From contig OZ024744.1 in assembly GCA_964016885.1 (NCBI GenBank), forward strand, positions 65,906,001 through 65,970,000: a DNA stretch of 64,000 nt, read 5' to 3'. The notes under the pieces are model-generated. The model saw only the letters and a program-made list of their open reading frames with translations. It searched no databases and was not told the origin of the DNA. Shown one piece after another: positions 54,345 through 64,000 of the stretch; position 1 is the stretch's first letter; the number at the start of each line of letters is the position of its first letter. Source of the stretch: Eledone cirrhosa. Taxonomy: Eukaryota. A program made the translations under genes and the position numbers.

Positions 54345-54736
54345 TCGAACAAGCAGCCGAAATGGGGTTCCTCCGAAGGGTTTTTAGAGTAATGTTTCTC
54401 GATAGAGTGCGTAGCTCGGAGATCAGCGAGCTGCTCCAGGTAGAGGGGCTACTTCTCGGAAGTGAGAGATCATAGTTCCTATATTATGGACATGTGGTTA
54501 GAATGTCTCAGGAAAGAATCGCTGGACAGATTTTACAGGAAAAGTCAACAGGCAGAAGACCCAGGGGTAGTAAGATGCTTGGATAATATCCTTGAACTCG
54601 GCTGGTCTCGCTTGGTGATTCAACCAGATCAGTTGGAGACGGTTGCTTCTAACAGGACCCGCTGGAAGTAGTGTTTGAGGACTCTGTCCATACGATCCTC
54701 TCAAGAAGAAGAAGAAGAAGAAGAAGAAGAAGAAGA
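54345..54736 (+). mobile_element. RTE-like 3' end with (GAA)n tail
   Basis: QAAEMGFLRRVFRVMFLDRVRSSEISELL; homologous to 290-700 (minus). Confidence 0.75.
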
Positions 54737-54789
54737 GCGTTATCTGTGCGTATTTTTGAGTTTTCTCCCACAAAAACAAAATATAAATA

Positions 54790-57700
54790 AAAAAAAAAAT
54801 TTATATCAGAAGATTTTATGTTTAAACACCTTTACACCTTTTCCCCCACATACATGGAAAAAAGGACCCAGAAAATTAAAATTGCAAATATTACACCAAA
54901 CATAAACGTCTGGTGGATTTTGACTGGCTTCATCGATTTCAATGAAGACACAATAATTTCAGTGGGAAAGTCCTCCAGAGGCACGTTCAATGGTACAAGC
55001 CTGGAAGTTCTGGTCCAAATGAGGCCAGAACAGATAGCTAAAATACCCCAACGTGTGCCTCTGGATGGAATTTCATATATAAACATTTCTGTTGAGGGTA
55101 GGCGGCCTTCATGTTACCACTGTTTAAGCAGTGATCACCTGAAGGCTTACTGTCCTCAGCTAGCCGCAAAAAAAGAGGCACTACTGCCAACACCCAAAAC
55201 AACAACACAACCACCACCACCACAACAACAACAACACAACCAAAACAAGAACAACAAACCAAACACAACCAAAACAAGAACAATAAACCAAACTGAAAGC
55301 ACAGTCCCACCCAACCCCACTCCATCTAAAACCACTGCAAAAACACCCACAAACACAACAGCTCCCCAAAACATACCCCTTCCAAATAACACAGACACCA
55401 CAACGGACGAGGCCCCCTCATCATCACCAAGTGACGATGAGGGAGAGTCTCTCCGTTCGAAAAGAAAGAAGAAAAGACACCACAAGAACAAAAAAGCAAC
55501 AAACATCACTACAAACATACAACCACCAACACAAACATTACAAACAAAAAACCCCCATCCCGAAAACAAAACCACGACATCACTCCAAACACAAACACCT
55601 ACAATAAAACGAAAGCTCACACAAGAACAACAGACAAAAACCAACACAACACAAGAACATTACACATACATAAACAGTGACAACAAAACTTTAATGGAGG
55701 TCATCTCCCACGACCCTTCGGTGAAAACCTAAGGGAAAACTTTTTTGAACTGTGTAGACAAACCTAATTTAAAGATGATTAGGGTCCCTACGGACACCTA
55801 TAAGTCTTTAAAGGAAAACTTTCCTCAGGATGTGGGTAATCATTGTTAAACCCATTAACCGCGTCCTTTTAAAATGTTTCCCCACCCACCCCAGACACCC
55901 CCATCCTACCAGACATCCCCTCCCCACCAAACATCTCGTCCTCACCCCGCCGGAAACCACAGAGTTACAGATTTGGGCCAAGGTGTTGGCAAAGAGGCTA
56001 TGCTTGTCGTCGAAAACCTGGTGGGAGTAGCGCAGACATGCGCAATCCCGACCAGGTCCATACACGACAACCTCCACCTCATGCGATACATCATAGAGAG
56101 GGTAGGGTGTAAACCCGGCTTCGGTGGGGCCCTGATCAACTTGGATCAGTCTAAGGCTTTCGATAGGGTTGACCATCGTTACCTGGATGCGGTGCTCGAG
56201 GCGGCAGGCTTCGGACCCGTGTTCAGGGGCTGGATTGCTGCAATGCACAACAGCAATATCTGCTCAAGGGTCAAGATGAACGGCTACCTCTCGGAGCCGT
56301 TCCATATCACGCGATCCATCCGACAGGAATACCCTCTCTCCTCCCTTCTGTACGTACTGACACTCGAACCACTACTGCGGAAGTTGGAGCTATTGCAGGG
56401 CAACCCTCTAGAACCGGGACTGCAGAAAGCGGCGTCGGCCTATGCCGACGACGTGACAGTAATGGTGTCGAGCACCTCGCAAATCGAGGAAGTTGGCACC
56501 TTACTGAAGGAATACGAAAGGTTCACAGGAGCGAAGCTACACCGGGACAAGTCCGTCCGTTTGCAACTCGGATCGTGGAGAGGCAAACCGATGCCTTCCG
56601 ATGGCGTCGTTGGACGCTGGACGGAAGGACCGGTGAAGCTGCTCAGGGTCTGGTTTGGTCCGGACCTTCAGGTGGAGAAGAACTGGAACGAAGTGACGGC
56701 CAAGGTGTTTGCACTCACCCAGAAGTGGGCCGAGTGCAAACTATCATTGAAAGGTCGAGCGGAGGTGGCGAACACTTTTATAGGGTCCGTCATCTACTAC
56801 CGCTTGACCGCCGTGCCTTGTCCAGCCAAAACGCTCACCAAAATGGAGCGTGCGCTCTTCCAATTCCTTTGGAAGAAAGGGGCTCCTTTGGTGAGAAGAT
56901 CCATCTGCTGCCCTTCAAACGGAGGGCTGGGGATGCCGTGGCTGACGATCCGCAGACATGCGCTCAGGCTGCGGCACATCCACGTATTCCTCACCGGACA
57001 ACCGGTGTGGGTCCCGTTCGTGAGGCGAACCTTCCCACGACTCGTCTCGCTGACCGAGCTGCAGTCCTGGGTCAAGCAAAGACCGGGGAAAATGGGCGAC
57101 TGGCACATCGAATGTACTCAGGCACTCACAGCCCTCTGGCATGCGGACCCGGCGATCAGTGGAGATGCCACTTCGTCATTCTATAGAGGGTTGGTCCGCA
57201 GCAAGTGCGACGACGCGCTCGGAGAAACTCTAGGCGTAGTGGAAGACGAACTGGCCAGTCTGTTCGGTAGGACCTTCCGCCGGGACCGATGGACAACTTC
57301 CAAAAGTCCCTGGCCTGGCAGTGCTACCGAGGAGCTCTACCAGTTCGAGACAAGCTTTACAGACAAGGGCGCCCGGGCATGGACCCTTCGAAAAAGATCT
57401 GTCCGAGATGCGTGCTAGACGAAGAAACCGTCGCGCACGCATTCGTACACTGCCCGGGCGTTACCGACCTGTGGGGCTATGTAGAACGACTATTGTCGCG
57501 GGTGGGACCAATCCGGTTGACCACCGAGTCCATTGTTATGATCAAACCGCCACCCTCCTTCAAAAACGAAGGAGAGGCGGTTTTCCTTTGTGTGATATCT
57601 ATGGCGAAAGAGGTTGTATGGTGGGCGAGGTTCAAAGGGCTGAGGTCAGACACCTTTCTCTCCGGCCAACAACTGATTCGTTTTTTCAAATACCACTTTG

Positions 57701-58056
57701 GAAGAAGAATGAGGATGGAGAGAGAGGTACTGTACCCCAGCAAGTTTTATGAAAGGTGGGGGAAAGTGGCGAGAATGGCCCGAGTGAATGGGCCTTCTCT
57801 CTATATCAGCCTGAGGTTGAAGAAAAAGAGGAAGAGAGGAAGGGGGTACTCACTCTTCGTACTCCTGGAGATGAGGGGGTGCACATTTTTTTTGGGGGGA
57901 ATGTGTTACCCATATGTAATGTCTCCCCCTATTGGGGAAAATCGACTAATTTTTAAATTGCATTTGTGATAGTATTTTACACGTTTTTATTGTATGTAAA
58001 CTTCGCCCTTTGTATTTGTCCCCTTCTTTTGTGCCCCTGTGGCTAATAAAGAAACA
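54790..58056 (+). mobile_element. Tx1/L1-clade LINE lacking the endonuclease region
   Basis: ORF1 CYHCLSSDHLKAYC; ORF1 end joined to mid-RT at about 55957; DQSKAFD, SAYADDV; C-terminal CPRC..H..C; ends AATAAAGAAA. Confidence 0.9.
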
Positions 58057-58794
58057 TCTTTGCCATGATGCTTTTGTCTTTGACAAGCTTGTACGTGATT
58101 CCCTTAATCTTGATGGCGCAATGACTATAGGAAATTCCGGCTCATTTTAGATATGGCGCTGAACTAACTCCTGAAGCTTTTCAACAGATAAGATTTTACT
58201 ATAAGTCTCTATTAACTCATCACATTTACATTTTAGCATTCTCATTTCATTGGCAAGTTCAACTATGATATTCATGACTGCAAGTACTATTTTTTCGTCA
58301 AAATCAAGGAAATCATTTCATGCCTGTAACCATAGTTTCTTCCTATCACTTCTCGTGTAATTTTCAGTTATTTTATCCCACGGTCCTTTGTCATTATCTA
58401 TGACATTCGTGATATGGTAACTTTACTAAAAAAAAAAAAAAAAAAAAAATATCCGATAGATAGCTTATCTTGGTGGTTTGTTTCAACAAGTTGTTTGAAA
58501 GAACGACAATGGTAGCAGGCGTTGATTGATATTAGAAATTACATGTTGATCTATACACTAGAATAAGAAAGTTGTGATTGGTATTAGGAAAACTACTTCG
58601 ACAGAAATACAGGTCTGAAGGGTGTCGACATTCTAGGGCAGAGTTTCTCAAACCTTTTTGTTTGTCTACCCGCCTCACGGCCACATAATACTTTCAGCAC
58701 CCCCACCCCCATTTCCAGAAAGACCTGCCTACACGCAAATTGTAAATAATATATAATAAATACAATCGTTAATTTATATATAATAAACAATATA

Positions 58795-59100
58795 ATTTCG
58801 TTTTTGAATTTGTTTTGCAAGATTTCTTATCTGAAAACGTGTGTTGAAACAGATATTCTTATACTTTTGGAGGGTTTTGTTTTCAAGATGGCGTAGGACA
58901 GAACAAAAGAGAGACACAAAATGAAAACCTAGTCACTGAGGAGGTCCCAGAATGTGTGACGAATGATATTTGACAATATATAAACAAGCATTCGGTTATC
59001 GAACCAACCAGCCGACTGGAAATTTATAATAAATTGAAATGAAAACCAACAGGTGCGTGTGTTTTTATTAGCAGCATGACCCTCCCAAAGTATAACAATA
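58795..59100. mobile_element. Diverged family D copy
   Basis: Inverted tail 58795-58875 plus arm with agtcaCTGAGGAggtcccagaatgtgtgacGAAT, ending cccaaagtataacaata. Confidence 0.75.
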
Positions 59101-59849
59101 AATAATTGTTTCTACTTTTTGGCACAAGGCCAGTAATTACCCAGTGCATTACTGGTACTTTATTTTATCGACCCCGTAAGGATGAAAGACAAAGTTAACC
59201 TCGGTAGGAGTTGAACCCAGAATGGCAAGGGCCGTAACTCTATACATCAAAGCATGGCGTCCGAGCCTCTACCGATACTGCCAATCCACTCCCATCAATA
59301 ACAATAAATAATATAATATATACTACGTTTAAATAAATATTACATATTTTATATTTTACTATATATATATATATATATATGTATCATTTGATATTTAATA
59401 TACTATTATATCATCTTTACCACCTCCCACTACCCTTTTAGGCTCCAGCGCCCCCTGGACCTTCACAACGCCCCATGGGAGAGGGGGGTTGCGCCCCTTA
59501 GAGAACCTCTGTTCTAGGGGTTGCTTGTTATTTGCAATTTTCTTTTGCTGTTGGACAAGAGTAAAAAAAAAAAAAAAAAAAAAAAGCACTGAATTTTAAT
59601 TTTCGCCACTCAGAGGCCATCTTGTTTGGCTTCCATATCATAGGCAAACGTTTTTATATTTCCCTCATTGGTTTTGGTGTTTCTGACTAATTAACAAGTA
59701 TTTACTTCAGCTTGAAGGCACTCGAAGCATTATTGTCAAGTAGCAGTGTAAATGATATGTACTAACCTTGAAACAAGAAACGCATTTTTTTTCTTCACTG
59801 GAGTTGAAAGTGCAGGATGGCATTCTTTCTTTTCTAGAATTAAAAATTT

Positions 59850-60330
59850 GGGAAGGTAGTTGCCATGTTCGATGGCACACATAAGAACCTGAGGAAATTA
59901 CTTCGCTGCCTGAGTGTCTTCTAACTTCACTAGACATAGTTTTTATTGTGTAGGTTATGCCGTCGTTGGAACCTTTAAAATCAGCCTCTCTTTGCCGTGA
60001 ATGCTTCTGAATTATCCTCTTCTTGTAATTCCCTGAAGATGTTCCTTGGTTTTTTCATTATCTTTCATTTAGCTGCGTTTTGCGTTGCCTTTCGACCCTC
60101 CCCCTTCCCCATAACAAGCATACCTTCCAAATTTGCCCCAAATATTTTCTCTTTCAACGAGTCACCTTTTTTTTCTGATAACAATGGCATTATCGTGGCA
60201 GAAGCTTTTATTTTTCTTCATATTTTTCTAATCGCTGATATGGCTAAGTTTAAAGATTCCCCACATATGCTTGACGTTTGGAAACTGCCAGTTGCTGTAA
60301 TTCTTGTAGGTTTACCTCAAGTGTGATGCT
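59850..60330 (-). pseudogene. Probable pogo/Tigger transposase relic (CENP-B-type HTH end)
   Basis: Minus frame reads ..EAFTAKRG*F*RFQRRHNLHN, like the F.ASxGWF.RFK.RH motif; 58150-58230 may be the C-terminal relic. Confidence 0.5.
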
Positions 60331-61098
60331 TTTTTTCATCACCTCGGATCAGCTTTCAACACGCAGAGTTACAAACCGTTTTCAACTCATGATGGATAAA
60401 AAAAAAAAAAAATTATGTACATATCTTGTATATGCGTGTGATTCATATTAACATACAATTATTATGATAACGTAGCGTTATCTTACAAAAAGAACGAGCG
60501 CTTTAAAGAATCAACGCTAAAGGGGTATAACGCTGAGTGGGCTATTATTTCTGTCTCTCTCCCTCTCCCTCTCTCCACACATACACGATGATGATGATGA
60601 ACGGTGATTTGGAAGAGTTACTAGAGCGTTGGATAGACTGTTATACAGTATTCGTTTCCGTTCTCTGCGCTCTAAGTTCCAATGCCGCCGAGGTCAACGT
60701 TGCCTTTTGATTTTTTTCGGGGTCAAATTTCCCTTTCATTATTTCGAGGTCGATAAATAAAGTACTGGAGCACGATGATGTCCATATATTCATCCTCCAC
60801 CCTCTCTCTGACACAAACACTCTCTCTCCTTCTCTGTAAGAAATTGGCTGAGAGAGATATGAACACTACTAGGTTAAAATGCCCACGTATAAACAAACGA
60901 AGTTTGGCAGGTGAACAGTGAGCTGTACTGATGAAGGGTGATACCCAGAAACATTAGTGTCTGCAGTTCTGTTCGCATGCCAACATAAGAGCAAGAATGA
61001 AGTGTTCATTCTCCTGACATGGCTATAAAATTGAGGATTGTTTGCAAAATTGCAAACGAATCGAATGTTATTATTAATATTCGAAAAACTCAGATTAC

Positions 61099-61162
<64 letters not shown>

Positions 61163-61475
61163 CCCCACAGGTTAATAGAAAAACAAGGCACATTTGCTGA
61201 TATCCAATAAATGAATAATTGAATATCAGGAAAGGTGTCTTGTTTTTCTATTAACCTGTGTATTTAAAACTCCTTGGATTACCCATATTGGATTGATTTA
61301 TCTTCCTAGGTATCACAACTGATACTAACTAAATATTAGTGGTAAACAGTTCAAATGACTAGGTCGAGCACAACCAAGTCGGTAAAATGCCTTATCTTTT
61401 TTATACATTCACGCCCACCCTACAATTAAAAAAACGGGAGCTGGCTACAAAAAGCTGATACCTGAAATTTATTTC

Positions 61476-61570
<95 letters not shown>

Positions 61571-61572
<2 letters not shown>

Positions 61573-62068
61573 AGCCGAATTACTCGCGCCTTGCTTTTTG
61601 TAAGAAAATGATGATTGATTTTAAATCAGTGATATAATTTATGGAGGAAAACTCTGGATTTCAATATTACTCAATGTAAAATGTAATGCATGAAAAATTG
61701 GAAAACATTATTTTTTGTAATATATCAAATCAAAATTACATTATTAAATCGTATTCTTATTTTGTTTCTTGTAAATAATTTTTTTTCAAAATATCAATTC
61801 AAAACTTTTGTGAATAGGCATCATATATTGTCATTTACCGATGGCTTAAATTTCATATAAATCGAAGGGAAAACATTTTCAGCAGGGGTTTTCAGCGAGA
61901 GGTTGTGTCCCCGGGGAACCCTTTGATTAAAATGAAATATAATTATCCAACTACCCTGGGCAATGTAGTTTCAGAATATATATGGTTATGGGGGTTATCT
62001 CCAAAACCATATGAGGAGTTCGTGAACAAACAAACAAACAGACAGGAACTACAACTTTATATATATAT

Positions 62069-62070
<2 letters not shown>
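61571..62070 (-). mobile_element. Non-autonomous Helitron
   Basis: CTAG|T 3' end at 61571-61574; 5' TATATATAAAGTTGTAGTT..(GTTT)n. Confidence 0.6.
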
Positions 62071-62159
<89 letters not shown>

Positions 62160-62164
<5 letters not shown>

Positions 62165-62572
62165 ATATTAAATAAATGGAAACTATATTTATAAAACCAT
62201 ATTTATTCTATTATAGATAAGGGTACCAAAACTTTGGTACGCTCTCATCAGATAAAATACAAAGTTTGTTTTATAAATATTGACATATACAGGAAGAAGA
62301 TCTTAACGGTTCAAGTTTTATCCAGGAAAAACTTGAACCGTTAAGATCTTCTTCCTGTATATGTCAATATTTATAAAACAAACTTTGTATTTTATCTGAT
62401 GAAAGCGTACCAAAGTTTTGGTACCCTTGAAATATATATAATAGAATAAATATAGTTTCCATTTATTTAATATCATTGAATATTATACTCCAGAAAACTT
62501 GTCGAGTGCTTCGAATCAGTTATAAACGTATATATTTGTTGAATTATCAACACATTAAATATCCCTTTTGCT
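62160..62572. mobile_element. Fold-back element (family C-related) with plus-strand hammerhead
   Basis: Arms about 62160-62323/62325-62478; tail to 62572; TA flanks. Confidence 0.85.
62388..62448 (+). ncRNA. Type-I hammerhead motif
   Basis: TATTTTAT-CTGATGA-AAGcGTACCAAAgtTTTGGTACcCTT-GAAA-TAtaTA-TA|ATAGAATA; 8-bp stem I. Confidence 0.8.
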
Positions 62573-62655
<83 letters not shown>

Positions 62656-64000
62656 TATATGCGATTCTCGCTAAATTTATATTTGTATTCATCTCCCAAG
62701 TCAAGAGATTAACCAGTTAATTATTTTGGCTTTTTAGTTAATTCTATTGACTAAGTTTATTCTAGAAACAACTCAGTCCAGAGCTTTATTCGTTTTGTGC
62801 TATTTTTGCAATAACTACACATGCTGAATTCACTGGCCAAAATAGGGTTTTCTCCCCTTAGAACATCACATGTGCTTTCATAACCTGTGAGATTCTGGCC
62901 CACGAAGAACAAAATGCCTGTTGAGAAAGTGATGCCTTGTTCGATCATTATACCAAAAGCATATTTTTTATAAGCAGACAGTATTATTGATTTAGGTGTT
63001 GCAGAAACCGAAATTCGGAGTATTCCATCTTCCCCGAGGGTCCGGGAAACTATTTCAATCATATCTTATTTTGACCCGTTTAGCTTGTTCGCTTTTTTGG
63101 CTCTGGTGGTTAATGGATTCTTAACCATCGTCTCAGTTTGTATGACCTTTTTAACTTATGTTTATAGCTCTGGTATCTTCTTCATATCCATGGAGCGCTT
63201 GTCTGCACAATACGGAAGTTGCGTTTCGCTAATTTCTACCCGCCGAAATGCGATTCTCGCTAAATTTATATTTATATATATACATATGTAGATATCACGT
63301 TACTCAGCTGTAGAAATGAATTGGGACATCATCTGTGGTCTGGTGAAGAGGACAGGCATGCATGCGCGACTACTTGTCTTCCGCAAACAACATTGCCCTG
63401 ACTTGTGCCTCGGAGAGGAACTTTCTAGGTGAAAATCCCTTGGTCATTCGCGACCGAAGAAGGGTCTTAATTCTATACACCTTTACCCTATAGCTGTGAA
63501 AAGCAAATAGGTAAAAATTTACCTAATTTTACTTCAATGTTCCAACTGCAGTTTCGCCGATTGGTGTACAGGCTAAAGTGCAATTAAAGTGCATTTTAAC
63601 TTTGAGGTTACGGCTTATCAAGAGACACCTCAGAGTAAGGAAAACATTCCTCGAAAATTAGGTAAATTTTTTATCTATTTCCTCTTCGTATTTATAATTT
63701 TATATAGCTCCGATTAATTGATTATTTATTTAATTCATTCATTCCTCGTGTAATATAGATGTTTATACTTATTTATCTAAATATATAATCTATTTTAATA
63801 AAGCTGACAGCCGTATGATGTAAGAAACTTTTGGCAAAACGGCTGGACCAAACAGCATCATAGATGTAACTTTTTCCAAGAAAGAAAGTGAGGGTATTTT
63901 TGTCTATTAAATTTCGTTATTATTGGGCAGTATCGGTAGAGGGTTAGATTATGCTTTCCAGCATAGTTACGTCCCTTTACGATCTGAGTTCAATTCCCGC

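Noticed and set aside
59707-59937. Cys/His-rich 76-aa ORF as a zinc-finger exon
   Set aside because: Overlaps the decayed transposase region; ligand spacing incomplete; no supporting gene structure

Overview
AT-rich eukaryotic, repeat-saturated DNA with no recognisable host gene. The repeat complement looks mollusc/cephalopod-like (inference). Most ORFs in the track are (TA)n/(CA)n microsatellite artefacts. Real coding remnants come from retrotransposons (RTE with a PHD-like finger inside ORF2, two decayed Tx1/L1-like elements plus 3' fragments, CR1 3' ends, an R4/Dong-like restriction-like-endonuclease element), a Helitron RepHel fragment and a probable pogo/Tigger relic. There are also three tRNA-SINE families, several MITEs and non-autonomous Helitrons, and tandem arrays of 48, 21 and 61 bp. 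The most striking signal is a dispersed set of short non-coding elements from about seven sequence families, most sitting in (TA)n tracts. Most are asymmetric fold-back palindromes, and they carry type-I hammerhead-ribozyme folds (CUGANGA...GAAA...NUH, with stems I-III paired by hand). One arm ends at a reproducible internal site and the other carries a 40-110 nt tail. They most resemble non-autonomous, inverted pseudo-LTR derivatives of Penelope-like elements. All folds and family calls were made by eye and none was computed or searched.
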